Source: Elainellaceae cyanobacterium (lineage in GTDB: Bacteria > Cyanobacteriota > Cyanobacteriia > CAZCXK01). From it: DNA of 17,063 nucleotides. This document shows, in pieces, positions 7,309-16,121 of this stretch (position 1 is its first letter; each line of letters begins with the position of its first letter). The notes beneath the pieces were generated by a model. That model was given only the letters and a program-made list of their open reading frames with translations. It was not told the DNA's origin and made no database searches. The position numbers and the translations under genes are program-made. The stretch lies in NCBI GenBank assembly GCA_051117555.1, contig JBNPEG010000177.1:1-17063 (forward strand), given 5' to 3'.

Positions 7309-7420
7309 ACAAGTCTCATATTTAATTAGTCCTACCTACTTACGAATTACTATCTTGTCGACTAGCCCCCTACAGTTTGAACCATCATCGCAACAATACA
7401 GACGTGATTAAGGATGCAGC

Positions 7421-8266
7421 ATGCACAGTTTCATTCCTCCCGATCGATTTTTTGCCTATCTCTCCTGGACAGATATCCACGCCATCCGAGATAAGGCGAA
7501 TGTTGTGCTAGTTCAGCCGATTGGCGCCATCGAGCAGCATGGTCCCCACTTACCGCTGATTGTCGATGCTGCCATTGGCACAGCAGTTTTGGGCAAAGCA
7601 TTAGAAAAGCTAGAGTCAGAGATTCCGGCCTATGCGTTGCCTCCGCTCTATTACGGCAAGTCGAATGAACATTGGCACTTTCCGGGCACGGTGACCCTTA
7701 CAGCCCAAACGCTCATCACGATGCTGATGGAAATTGCAGACAGCCTCTATCGCGCCGGGTTTCGCAAGCTGGTGCTGATGAATTCTCACGGGGGACAGCC
7801 CCAGATTATGGAAATCGTGGCGCGAGACTTGCATCAACGGCATGACGATTTTATGGTGTTTCCCCTGTTTACGTGGAAGGTGCCTAATAGGGCTAGCGAC
7901 CTGATATCTCCTAAAGAAAAAGAATTAGGCATTCATGCAGGCGATGCAGAAACCAGCATCATGCTGTCGATCTTGCCGGATCAGGTGAAGATGAACCGAG
8001 CTATGACAGAATATCCCCACGGGTTGCCCGATGATAGTTTGCTCAGCATGGAAGGAAAACTGCCGTTTGCGTGGGTGACGCGGGATCTGAGCCGCAGCGG
8101 TGTATTGGGTGATCCGACAGTTGCTACCAAGGAAAAGGGCGATCGCATTTTAGAGTCGGTGTCTGATGGCTGGGTGAACGTCATCCGCGATATCCATCGG
8201 TTTCGGCAACCTCAAGCGTGGAAAGGCTGGAATGACACGTCTGACGACTGGGGAAATGAGCAATAA
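7421..8266 (+). CDS. Creatininase-family amidohydrolase (substrate unknown)
   Basis: Metal-binding motifs PIGAIEQHGPHLPLIVD, YGKSNEH..FPGT, NSHGGQ, HAGDAETS, and SGVLGDPT.AT.EKG. Confidence 0.92.
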   Translation: MHSFIPPDRFFAYLSWTDIHAIRDKANVVLVQPIGAIEQHGPHLPLIVDAAIGTAVLGKALEKLESEIPAYALPPLYYGKSNEHWHFPGTVTLTAQTLITMLMEIADSLYRAGFRKLVLMNSHGGQPQIMEIVARDLHQRHDDFMVFPLFTWKVPNRASDLISPKEKELGIHAGDAETSIMLSILPDQVKMNRAMTEYPHGLPDDSLLSMEGKLPFAWVTRDLSRSGVLGDPTVATKEKGDRILESVSDGWVNVIRDIHRFRQPQAWKGWNDTSDDWGNEQ

Positions 8267-8314
8267 CTGCTACGATTTCCCCAATTTCCCCAATGACTAG
8301 AATGCTGATTTGAA

Positions 8315-9307
8315 TTACCAAGCCGTGACCATGTCTTGAGCACTAAACGGGCGATCGCGCTCGTGGTCTTGCTCAAAATCAATGATTGGGCCCTTAGGCA
8401 CAAGCCCTGTTGGGTTCACGTTGGTGTGGCTCTTGTAATAGTGCCGTTTAATGTGGTCTAAGTTGCAGGTGTCTTTTACGCCTGGGTGCTGATACAAATC
8501 ACGCAAATAGCCCCACAGATTGGGATAATCGACGATGCGGCGCAGATTGCATTTGAAATGCACGTAGTAGACGGCATCAAAGCGAAAGAGGGTGGTAAAC
8601 ATGCAAAGGTCTGCTTCGGTGAGGCGATCGCCACAGAGAAACCGCTGGCGATCGAGCACTCCTTCCCAGTAATCAAGGGCATCAAATAGGTCGGTGACGG
8701 CTTCCTCATAGGCAGCTTGCTGCGTTGCAAACCCGGCTCGATATACCCCGTTGTTGATGGGTTGATAGATAGCATCAATCGCAGACTCAATAGAATCGTG
8801 GAGGTCACCTGGGCACAGATCGACATCCGACCGAGCGATCGCGCCAAATTCGGTATCCAACATGCGAATGATTTCGCGAGACTCGTTATTGACGATCGTT
8901 TTTTGCTGCTTGTCCCATAGGACAGGCACTGTCACCCGGCCTGTAAAGTGAGGATCAGCCAGCGTATAGATATCGCGCAGATATTCAGCCTGATTAACGG
9001 TATCCGGAATGCATCCGGGACCATCCGAAAATTCCCACCCTTCTCCCATCATTTCAGGATCAACAATAGAGATAGAGATGGCATCGGTTAACCCTTTAAG
9101 CTGTCGCATAATCAGGGTTCGGTGCGCCCAGGGGCACGCTAGAGAAACATAGAGATGATAGCGCCCCGCTTCTGCTTTGAACCCACTCGAACCATCTGCC
9201 GTAACCCAGTTCCGAAATGTGGTCGATGGACGAATAAACTTCCCGTCTTTATCTTCCTGATTGCGTTTGTTCGCCCACTGCCCGTCGATGAGCATTCCAA
9301 GTCCCAC
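8315..9307 (-). CDS. Glutathionyl-hydroquinone reductase / Xi-class glutathione S-transferase (YqjG/ECM4 family)
   Basis: GRYHLYVSLACPWAHR (catalytic CPWA), RVTVPVLWD, NNESREI, INNGVYRAGFA, TEADL, RFDAVY..HFKCN. Start moved to GTG 9307, which has RBS AAGGAGG; the longer ORF-track start overlaps trtA. Confidence 0.92.
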   Translation of the reverse strand: MGLGMLIDGQWANKRNQEDKDGKFIRPSTTFRNWVTADGSSGFKAEAGRYHLYVSLACPWAHRTLIMRQLKGLTDAISISIVDPEMMGEGWEFSDGPGCIPDTVNQAEYLRDIYTLADPHFTGRVTVPVLWDKQQKTIVNNESREIIRMLDTEFGAIARSDVDLCPGDLHDSIESAIDAIYQPINNGVYRAGFATQQAAYEEAVTDLFDALDYWEGVLDRQRFLCGDRLTEADLCMFTTLFRFDAVYYVHFKCNLRRIVDYPNLWGYLRDLYQHPGVKDTCNLDHIKRHYYKSHTNVNPTGLVPKGPIIDFEQDHERDRPFSAQDMVTAW

Positions 9308-9419
9308 AGGTGCCTCCTTGAGATTGCAGTCCGATACGTTCAGCGTATCGCGTCCCCCATGAATGCTCATCCACCAACAGAATGACCCGGACAAATCAAC
9401 TATCTTGCTTAACACAAAG

Positions 9420-10109
9420 TCACGCTCTACTGAGTCGGGCAACCTTCAACGTCATGATGATATGCGCCGATGGAGCCGTCCAGCCGATGATTCCGCCTTG
9501 GGCACGTACCATTTCAAGGGTTGCTTGCTTAAACTCAGGGCAATAGCTTTCTGTGCAGTCTTCCACCATGAGGCAGTCGTAGCCGCGATCGTTGGCTTCG
9601 CGCATGGTCGTTTGCACACATACTTCTGTTGTGACTCCCGTCATCAGCAGGTGGGTGATGCCTCGTTCCTTTAAGGTTGATTCGAGAACAGTATTGTAGA
9701 ATGCGCCTTTGCCAGGTTTCGGAATCATCACTTCACCATCAATGGGAGCTAACTCGGGAATGATGGCGTTTCCAGGTTCTCCAGAGATTAAAATACGCCC
9801 CATGGGGCCTGGATCGCCAATTCGAAGATAGCTTTTGCCGCGATCGCGCTTAGAGGGCGGGCAATCGGACAAATCGGGTTTGTGGCACTCCAATGTATGA
9901 ATGATAGGAAGCTGAAGGTCACGAAACGTATTCAGAAGTAGCTTAAGAGGCGGCACAATGGTGCGCAGTCGTGTCACATCATTGCCCAGGGCATCTCCGA
10001 AACCACCCGGTTCCATAAAGTCGCGCTGCATATCGATGATGACGAGCGCTAACCGGCTGAGATCGTCAGGGAAGGGATAGTCGTAGGGAGATGCAGGAAT
10101 AGTTGTCAT
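9420..10109 (-). CDS. trtA: Triuret hydrolase (isochorismatase-like cysteine hydrolase)
   Basis: D-K-C triad (IDMQRDF, KPGKG, TTEVC). All six TrtA-type residues as recalled: F, L, N in [11 protein letters not shown] in TTEVC; Y in TESY; I in QGGII. Confidence 0.85.
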   Translation of the reverse strand: MTTIPASPYDYPFPDDLSRLALVIIDMQRDFMEPGGFGDALGNDVTRLRTIVPPLKLLLNTFRDLQLPIIHTLECHKPDLSDCPPSKRDRGKSYLRIGDPGPMGRILISGEPGNAIIPELAPIDGEVMIPKPGKGAFYNTVLESTLKERGITHLLMTGVTTEVCVQTTMREANDRGYDCLMVEDCTESYCPEFKQATLEMVRAQGGIIGWTAPSAHIIMTLKVARLSRA

Positions 10110-10159
10110 AGAGTTTTTGGAGTAAGGGGGCTGTTAGAGCTTTTATAGCAGCAGGTGTA

Positions 10160-10189
10160 GCAAGTAGGGTGGCAAGTAGGGTGGCAAGT
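10160..10189. repeat. Short tandem repeat GCAAGTAGGGTG x2.5
   Basis: Units at 10160-10171 and 10172-10183, partial at 10184-10189; intergenic between the ABC ATPase and trtA. Confidence 0.8.
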
Positions 10190-10212
10190 GCAAGGAGAAT
10201 GCAGAATGCCAT

Positions 10213-11760
10213 TCAATGTCCTGCCATGCTGCGACCGATTGTAGTATAGTCTGCAAGGGCGATCGCGCTTTCATAGACAAATCGTCCATCGCTGATCACA
10301 AGAATTCGATCGGAGAGCTTCAGCAGTTCGTCTAAGTCTTCGCTCACGAGAAGAACGGCGACTCCGCGATTGCGAGCTTCGATAAGCTGACTGTGAATAA
10401 AATCCACCGCTGCGAAATCGAGCCCAAAACACGGATTGGCGACAATCAGCAGTTTAATCTGGTCGGCGGATAGTTCACGCGCGAGGACGGTGCGCTGCAC
10501 ATTGCCACCCGAGAGATTGCCAACTGGCGTATCAGGCGATGGCGTTTTGACTGAAAATTGGCTAATCAGCCCGGTTGCCATGTGCCGAATGGCTTTGAGA
10601 ATTAACAACCAACCGTTTGCCTGAGGTGGGCGATCGAAGGTGCGGAGTGCCATGTTTTCTGCCACGCTCATGTGGGGCACACAGGCGTTGCGGAGGGGTT
10701 CTTCAGGGAGTGCAAAGACGTGATGTTTTGCCATTTCGGCGCGAGTGGCTCGGTAGGGTTCTCCATCAACCCAAATCTGTCCGGCGATCGCCTCTCGTTG
10801 TCCGGCAAGTACTTCAACAAATTCACGCTGCCCGTTGCCTGAGATTCCGGCGATACCGACAATTTCACCGGCATGAACCGTGAGATTGACGCCGTGAACC
10901 GCTTCAACCCCATTATCTTTGTTGGCGTGCACGTCTCGAATGTCTAAGATAGGCACCGGGTCAGAATGGCTGACCTTATCCACAGGAGTGGGCTCTTTCT
11001 TCTCGCCCATCATCATCTCTGACATATCAGCCACGGTGAGGTCTTTGACCAACCCATGCCCCGCAAGTTTTCCCTTACGCAACACGGTGATTTCATCGAC
11101 AAAGGCGGTTACTTCTCGGAATTTGTGGGAGATCATGAGCACGCTCAATTCGCCCGCCGTCACGCGATCGCGCAATAATCCTAAGACTTCATCGGCTTCA
11201 CCGGGCGTCAGTACCGACGTCGGCTCATCAAGAATCAGAATCCGACTTTTCAAATAAAGCTGTTTGAGAATTTCAAGCTTTTGCTTTTGTCCAGCGGCAA
11301 GCTGAGCAATGGGGACATCGAGGGGAATTTGAAACGGCGCAGACGTCATAAATTCTTGCAATTCGTCCAGTTCAGCCGACCAGTGAATCAAATTGGCACG
11401 GTCAACCCGCGACAGCACCAGATTTTCGGCCACGGTCATCGCAGGCACCGACGTAAAGTGCTGGTAAACCATGCCGATGCCGTAGTGATGGGCGGCTTGC
11501 GGGCTGGCAATGGCAACTGTCTGACCATCAATCTGAACGGTGCCTGATGTCGGAGCATAAAAGCCCATGACACATTTTACCAGCGTACTTTTTCCGGCCC
11601 CATTTTCGCCAAGTAGAGCGTGGAAGGTTCCGGGTTTGAGATGCAGCGACACATCATCGAGAGCGATTAGGCTGCCGAATCGCTTAGTCATGCCGATAGC
11701 CTGGAGGTCAGGCGGAGCTTGACGCTGAACAGCCGTTTCAGTTTGGGTTGCAGTGTTCAT
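10213..11760 (-). CDS. ABC transporter ATP-binding protein, CUT2/nucleoside type with two NBDs
   Basis: Walker A GENGAGKST, ILILDEPT, degenerate second Walker A GISGNGQR, signature LSGGNVQR, LLVSEDLDEL. Start set at ATG 11760 (MNTATQ). Confidence 0.93.
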   Translation of the reverse strand: MNTATQTETAVQRQAPPDLQAIGMTKRFGSLIALDDVSLHLKPGTFHALLGENGAGKSTLVKCVMGFYAPTSGTVQIDGQTVAIASPQAAHHYGIGMVYQHFTSVPAMTVAENLVLSRVDRANLIHWSAELDELQEFMTSAPFQIPLDVPIAQLAAGQKQKLEILKQLYLKSRILILDEPTSVLTPGEADEVLGLLRDRVTAGELSVLMISHKFREVTAFVDEITVLRKGKLAGHGLVKDLTVADMSEMMMGEKKEPTPVDKVSHSDPVPILDIRDVHANKDNGVEAVHGVNLTVHAGEIVGIAGISGNGQREFVEVLAGQREAIAGQIWVDGEPYRATRAEMAKHHVFALPEEPLRNACVPHMSVAENMALRTFDRPPQANGWLLILKAIRHMATGLISQFSVKTPSPDTPVGNLSGGNVQRTVLARELSADQIKLLIVANPCFGLDFAAVDFIHSQLIEARNRGVAVLLVSEDLDELLKLSDRILVISDGRFVYESAIALADYTTIGRSMAGH

Positions 11761-11810
11761 AGTAGAAAAGTATAGAGAAATTGCAGACGGGCCAACAGAA
11801 AGGCTCACAC

Positions 11811-11833
11811 GTGGGCAAGATGCCCGCACTATA
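11811..11833 (-). repeat. REP-like palindrome GTGGGCA-AGA-TGCCCGCAC
   Basis: Intergenic hairpin between biuH and the ATPase gene; minus strand reads TATAGTGCGGGCATCTTGCCCAC. Confidence 0.5.
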
Positions 11834-11865
11834 GAAATCAAACCCTTGCATACGTGGGATGTTTT

Positions 11866-12549
11866 CTACTGTCGGATTGCTTCAATCAATGCGTCTGAGT
11901 CTGCGACCGCGCCAAATACGCCGCCTTGCATTTTAATCATCTTGAGAGCAGCTAGATAGTTGCCGTAGTCCGTCGCGCCAGTGCAGTCGGAGAGCAGCAG
12001 GCACTCATAGCCGCGATCGTTGGCTTCGCGCATGGTGGTGTGAACGCACACATCGGTGGTGATGCCCGCTAAGATCATGTTTTGGATGTGGTTGCGGCTC
12101 AAGATTAGGTCTAAATCGGTTGCATAAAACGATCCTTTGCCAGGTTTATCAATCACGATTTCTCCTGGCAGGGGTGCCAATTCAGGAATGATGTTCCAGC
12201 CCGGTTCACCCCGCACGAGAATTTTCCCACAGGGTCCTGCATCTCCGATGCCTGCACCAATTCGGCGCGATCGCCACTGTTTGTTTTCAGGCAAATCTAG
12301 CAAATCAGGACGATGTCCTTCTCGGGTGTGAATGATGGTATATCCTTCGGTTCTCGCAACGGATAGCACGTTAGAAATGGGCTCAATAGGAGCACGAGTC
12401 AATGACAGGTCATATCCCATCGCGTCTACGTATCCGCCCTGACCACAGAAATCGATCTGCATGTCAATGATTATGAATGCAGTGTTTTGAGGGCGCAAAT
12501 CGCCATTATAAGGAAAGGGATAGGGGTCGGCATCAACAAAACATCCCAT
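11866..12549 (-). CDS. biuH: Biuret hydrolase (isochorismatase-like cysteine hydrolase)
   Basis: [68 protein letters not shown] closely follow Rhizobium BiuH as recalled. BiuH-type residues Y, M, Y, D, T, V are all present. Confidence 0.9.
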   Translation of the reverse strand: MGCFVDADPYPFPYNGDLRPQNTAFIIIDMQIDFCGQGGYVDAMGYDLSLTRAPIEPISNVLSVARTEGYTIIHTREGHRPDLLDLPENKQWRSRRIGAGIGDAGPCGKILVRGEPGWNIIPELAPLPGEIVIDKPGKGSFYATDLDLILSRNHIQNMILAGITTDVCVHTTMREANDRGYECLLLSDCTGATDYGNYLAALKMIKMQGGVFGAVADSDALIEAIRQ

Positions 12550-12564
12550 GTCCAGTTCTCCATA

Positions 12565-13500
12565 TCAATTATTCGTACCCAATGCACCGGGAACGCCAAG
12601 CAGAGTACGCTTGGGCGAACAAGTGAAAATCATGATCACCAATGTCAGCACATAGGGCGCTGCATTAAACAAGTAGTAGCCATCTTGAATGCCAACCGAT
12701 TGCAAGGCTGGCCCCAGTGCCTGCGCGCCACCAAATAAAAGGGATGCCCAGAGACACAGCATAGGTTTCCATCTCGCAAAGATGACGAGGGCAACCGCCA
12801 TTAACCCCTGCCCGCTTGAAATACGCTCTGTCCAGACGCCGGGATAATAAAGGGATAGGGAAGCTCCCCCAATGCCTGCCAGGAAGCTGCCTGCCATGAT
12901 GCTCAGCATGCGTACTTTGAAAATTGAGATGCCCATCGCTCGTGCCGCGTCCGGGTTGTCACCTACGGCACGAATAAACAGCCCCCAGCGAGTCGCCCGA
13001 AAAAACCACGTCATCACCGGGGCGATCGCCAGTCCGAGTAGAAACAGTGGGCTAATCTGCAATGCGGCTTGCAGCGCCGGAGCCATGCCCGTGGTTGCCA
13101 GATTAATCGTAGGTAGTTGAGGCGCTGAGGGCTGAATAAACGGCTTGCCCAAAAAGAAGGCAATACCGCTTCCGAAGATGATCATGGCGATGCCAACCGC
13201 GACATCATTGACCCTAGACTGCTGAGAAAGCCAACCATGAATGGTGCCTAAAATCACGCCTGCGAGTCCGGCGACGAGCACTCCAATCCAAGGGGAACCT
13301 GTCAAATACGAGATTGCATAGGCACTCATCGCTCCGGTGAGCAATGTGCCTTCAAGCCCAAGGTTGATTTTGCCGCTTTTTTCAGTCAAGCACTCGCCCA
13401 AGCTGACAAAGAGAAAGGGCGTGCCGCCTCGCATCATGCCCGCTAAAACAGCAAGCAGCACGCCCCACCAGCCAATGGCTTGAGATGCGTCTGTTGTCAT
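12565..13500 (-). CDS. ABC transporter permease (CUT2/BPD_transp_2)
   Basis: Multiple TM helices; EKSGKINLGLEG, RAVGDNPDAARAMGI, GQGLMAVALVIFARW. ATG 13500 preceded by GGAG. Confidence 0.92.
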   Translation of the reverse strand: MTTDASQAIGWWGVLLAVLAGMMRGGTPFLFVSLGECLTEKSGKINLGLEGTLLTGAMSAYAISYLTGSPWIGVLVAGLAGVILGTIHGWLSQQSRVNDVAVGIAMIIFGSGIAFFLGKPFIQPSAPQLPTINLATTGMAPALQAALQISPLFLLGLAIAPVMTWFFRATRWGLFIRAVGDNPDAARAMGISIFKVRMLSIMAGSFLAGIGGASLSLYYPGVWTERISSGQGLMAVALVIFARWKPMLCLWASLLFGGAQALGPALQSVGIQDGYYLFNAAPYVLTLVIMIFTCSPKRTLLGVPGALGTNN

Positions 13501-13543
13501 GGATAGATCTCCACTGATAGTTGAATATTGAGACAAGGTAAAA

Positions 13544-13600
13544 GTAGGGTGCCGTATAGCCTTTCAGGCATGGCTACGCTAAAGCGTCAGCGTAACGCAC
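13544..13600 (+). repeat. REP-like element with mini-hairpin insert; second copy of the 7171-7226 unit
   Basis: GTAGGGTGCCGTATAGCCTTTCAGGCATGGCTACGCTAAAGCGTCAGCGTAACGCAC aligns with GTAGGATGGGTATAGCCCTTCGGGCATGGCTTCGCTAAAGCGATAGCGTAACCCAT. Confidence 0.8.
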
Positions 13601-13622
13601 GGGGTTCAAGAGTTTCAACCTA

Positions 13623-14714
13623 TTAACCGTCAGCTATCAACACGGGTGATGGAGGGTTTGAAACCGGCTTTTCTTTGAAGAACTCGAACGTGCCGTAAAG
13701 CGATTCGCTATAGAGAATCACCAAAAATACGATGCCCTGAAAGACCAATACTGTGGCATCAGGTAAGCCGTGCGATCGCTGCAAAATGCCCCCACTGGCG
13801 AGAATGCCGCCCAACAGTACCGATACCAGCGCTGCTGCCAAAGGATTATGGCGAGCCACAAATGCCACCAAAATGCCCCCGTAGCCATAGCCCACATTCA
13901 GCGACTCGTTGGCGGCTCCTTGAACGGCTGCAACTTCAACCATGCCCGCTAATCCGGCACATGATCCGGCTAGAAAGCAAATCATGACCGTCAGTTTACC
14001 AACCGGCAAACCTGCAATGCGGGCGGCACGAATATTGCCCCCTGCCGTGCGGGCGGCAAACCCAAAGGTGGTGCGCTGAATCAAGATGTAAGCGATAATG
14101 CAGGCAATTAAACCGTATGCCAATCCCCAGTGCACTCGCGTTCCAGGAATCGTGCCAAGCATATTGGCATCAACTATAGGAAACGTAGACGGCTTGTTGA
14201 GCGAACTTGGATCGCGCATCGGCCCATTCACTAAATGGTTCATAGCGGCAGTGCCAATGTAGTTAAGCAACAGACTGCTGATGGTTTCATTGACGCCGCG
14301 ATAATGGCGCAATGCTCCAGCCGCTGCAATCATCAGCCCCCCTGCCCCCATTCCGGCGATCGCCATGCCAATTTGCACCACGAGCGGAGGAGCCGAACTC
14401 AGTGCCAATCCAACTGATACGGCGGCTAATCCACCGATGACTAGCGCGCCCTCATTGCCAATAATCACCAGTCCCAATCGGGCAGGAAGTGCTGTACACA
14501 GCGCAGATAGCATGAGTGGTGCAGCGCGAATCAAGCTATTTTGAAAGGTACTCCATTTGCCGAATGCTGCTTTCCAGATAGATTCATAAACCGCCAACGG
14601 ATTTGCTCCCGATGCCGCACAAAACGCACCAAAAATTACTAGAGCAACACCAACTGCGGCAATCGGAATCATGATTGATTCCAAATTCCTTCGCCAAGTC
14701 TGAGAATTCATCAT
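13623..14714 (-). CDS. ABC transporter permease (CUT2/BPD_transp_2)
   Basis: Multiple TM helices; IGNEGAL, GVNETISSLLLNY, GGNIRAARIAG, GYGYGGILVAFVARHNP. Start ATG 14714 (AGGA 9 nt upstream) or TTG 14720. Confidence 0.92.
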   Translation of the reverse strand: MMNSQTWRRNLESIMIPIAAVGVALVIFGAFCAASGANPLAVYESIWKAAFGKWSTFQNSLIRAAPLMLSALCTALPARLGLVIIGNEGALVIGGLAAVSVGLALSSAPPLVVQIGMAIAGMGAGGLMIAAAGALRHYRGVNETISSLLLNYIGTAAMNHLVNGPMRDPSSLNKPSTFPIVDANMLGTIPGTRVHWGLAYGLIACIIAYILIQRTTFGFAARTAGGNIRAARIAGLPVGKLTVMICFLAGSCAGLAGMVEVAAVQGAANESLNVGYGYGGILVAFVARHNPLAAALVSVLLGGILASGGILQRSHGLPDATVLVFQGIVFLVILYSESLYGTFEFFKEKPVSNPPSPVLIADG

Positions 14715-14719
14715 CGTCA

Positions 14720-14769
14720 AAGTTCCTAAAAGAAGTTCCTAAAAGAAGTTCCTAAAAGAAGTTCCAAAG
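14720..14769. repeat. 13-bp tandem repeat AAGTTCCTAAAAG x3 plus one degenerate copy
   Basis: Exact units at 14720-14732, 14733-14745 and 14746-14758; fills almost the whole BMP-permease intergenic gap. Confidence 0.9.
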
Positions 14770-14774
14770 AACAG

Positions 14775-15956
14775 CTATCCAACCGAGCCAATCACCCCTT
14801 CGACGAGATAATTCATCTCTTCGAGCTTCGGATCTTGCTGCTTCAGTTCTTCATCAGGCGTCACCATGACATTTCCTTGGTTGTCTTTGATTTCACCTTT
14901 ATAAATGACTTTGCTGCCGTCCATAAATTCCGCTTTTGCAGCCTCTGCCGCATCTTTTGCATCTGCGCTTACCGCAGGACCATACGCCGACAGTTGACAA
15001 AATCCTTCTTTGAGACCGCCTCGCAAGACATGGGGGATGCTGCCATCCATTAAGGAATGTCCAGCTTTGATATCGTTTGCAATTTGAGTGTAAATATTTG
15101 ACCAACTCCACTCAGCCCCTGTGAGATAGCCCTTAGGTGCTAGTGTTGCCTGGTTTGCATGGTAACCTGAGCTAAAAATGCCTCGTTTCTCTGCCGTTTC
15201 AATCACGACTTTAGGACTATCAACGTGGCAGGTAACCACATCGATACCTTGATCAACCATGCTATTGGTGGCTTCTGCTTCTTTGATCGGTTCTGCCCAA
15301 TTGCCCGTAAAGATCACCTGCGTCGTCGCATCGGGGCGCACGCTCTGGGCTCCCAGGGTAAAACTATTAATATTTCTCAGCACTTGGGGAATGGGCTTAG
15401 CGGCCACAAACCCCAATTTGCCACTCTTGGAGGTCATTCCAGCGACAATTCCTGCAATATATTGGGCTTCATCGATATAGCCAAAGTAACTCCCCACATT
15501 GGCAGGATGGACGCCGTCTTGATAGAGGCCGCCGCAGTGGAAAAACTGCACATCTGGATATTCCTCGGCCAGCTCTAGAATATGCGGATCGAAGTAGCCA
15601 AACGAGGTAGGAAAGAGCGCTTGGGTGTCGTCAATATCGATCATGCTGCGCATCGACTCCGCAACGGCAGTGGTTTCTGGAACATTGGCTTCTTCCACAA
15701 TCTCTACCCATGAAGCACTGTCCATCATGCCTGCGGCTCCTTCGGCGTGAGCCTGGTTGTAGCCATAGTCATCCTTCGGACCGACGTAGATAAACCCCAT
15801 CATGATTGAGTCTCCATCACTAGACCCACTGGCAGATCCGCTCGTGGATGACGTGCAACCCGCGCTGAATTTGGCAGTTACACCAAATGCCGTGGTTGCA
15901 AGAAGTCCTCGGATTACCTGGCGACGAGATAGGCGTAGAAACCGATTTTTGCTCAC
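14775..15956 (-). CDS. BMP-family ABC transporter substrate-binding lipoprotein with a Tat-type signal
   Basis: GTG start with RBS AGGAGG; twin-arginine SRRQVI; lipobox-like SAGC; GFIYVGPKDDYGYNQAH, TSFGY, INSFTLGA, typical of BMP/PnrA. Confidence 0.9.
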   Translation of the reverse strand: MSKNRFLRLSRRQVIRGLLATTAFGVTAKFSAGCTSSTSGSASGSSDGDSIMMGFIYVGPKDDYGYNQAHAEGAAGMMDSASWVEIVEEANVPETTAVAESMRSMIDIDDTQALFPTSFGYFDPHILELAEEYPDVQFFHCGGLYQDGVHPANVGSYFGYIDEAQYIAGIVAGMTSKSGKLGFVAAKPIPQVLRNINSFTLGAQSVRPDATTQVIFTGNWAEPIKEAEATNSMVDQGIDVVTCHVDSPKVVIETAEKRGIFSSGYHANQATLAPKGYLTGAEWSWSNIYTQIANDIKAGHSLMDGSIPHVLRGGLKEGFCQLSAYGPAVSADAKDAAEAAKAEFMDGSKVIYKGEIKDNQGNVMVTPDEELKQQDPKLEEMNYLVEGVIGSVG

Positions 15957-16024
15957 GTTGGTGCCTCCTGTGCGGATGATCGATAGTGAAGCGTTGAGCA
16001 AAGGTTATCAAGCTGATTGAGCTA

Positions 16025-16057
16025 AAAGGTTCGAGAAAGGTTTGAAAAAGGTTCGAA
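16025..16057. repeat. 11-bp imperfect tandem repeat AAAGGTTYGAR x3
   Basis: AAAGGTTCGAG, AAAGGTTTGAA and AAAGGTTCGAA, ~70-100 bp upstream of the BMP start. Confidence 0.75.
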
Positions 16058-16084
16058 AAAAGGGGGGCATTGAGGAGGAGGAGG

Positions 16085-16121
16085 GTATCAATCTCCACGG
16101 CAAACTGTTATATATGTCACA
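16085..16121 (-). promoter_or_regulatory. Candidate CRP/NtcA-family binding sites in the divergent intergenic region
   Basis: Minus strand TGTGA-CATATA-TAACA (16106-16121; 9/10 to TGTGA-N6-TCACA) and GTG-GAGATTGA-TAC (16085-16098; 5/6 to NtcA GTA-N8-TAC). Confidence 0.35.

Larger units (their letters stand above)
7027..7342. mobile_element. MITE-like non-autonomous element (~316 bp) with imperfect terminal inverted repeats, bounded by TA
   Basis: Left TAAGTGGGTGGGCGGAATCAAATGT vs reverse complement of right end TAAGTAGGTAGGACTAATTAAATAT: 18/25 identical. No coding capacity; contains REP-like palindromes. Confidence 0.6.

Noticed and set aside
9308..9442. 45-aa N-terminal extension of the GST
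   Set aside because: It overlaps trtA; a strong RBS precedes GTG 9307 and family similarity starts there.
14720..14769. CRISPR array (also considered for 10160-10189, 16025-16057 and 7027-7342)
   Set aside because: Units are directly abutting 11-13-mers or palindromes without unique spacers, and there are no cas genes.
1428..16098. Remaining short ORFs (60-130 aa) overlapping the called genes on either strand
   Set aside because: All lie within or largely overlap strongly supported CDSs and show no domain-like features.
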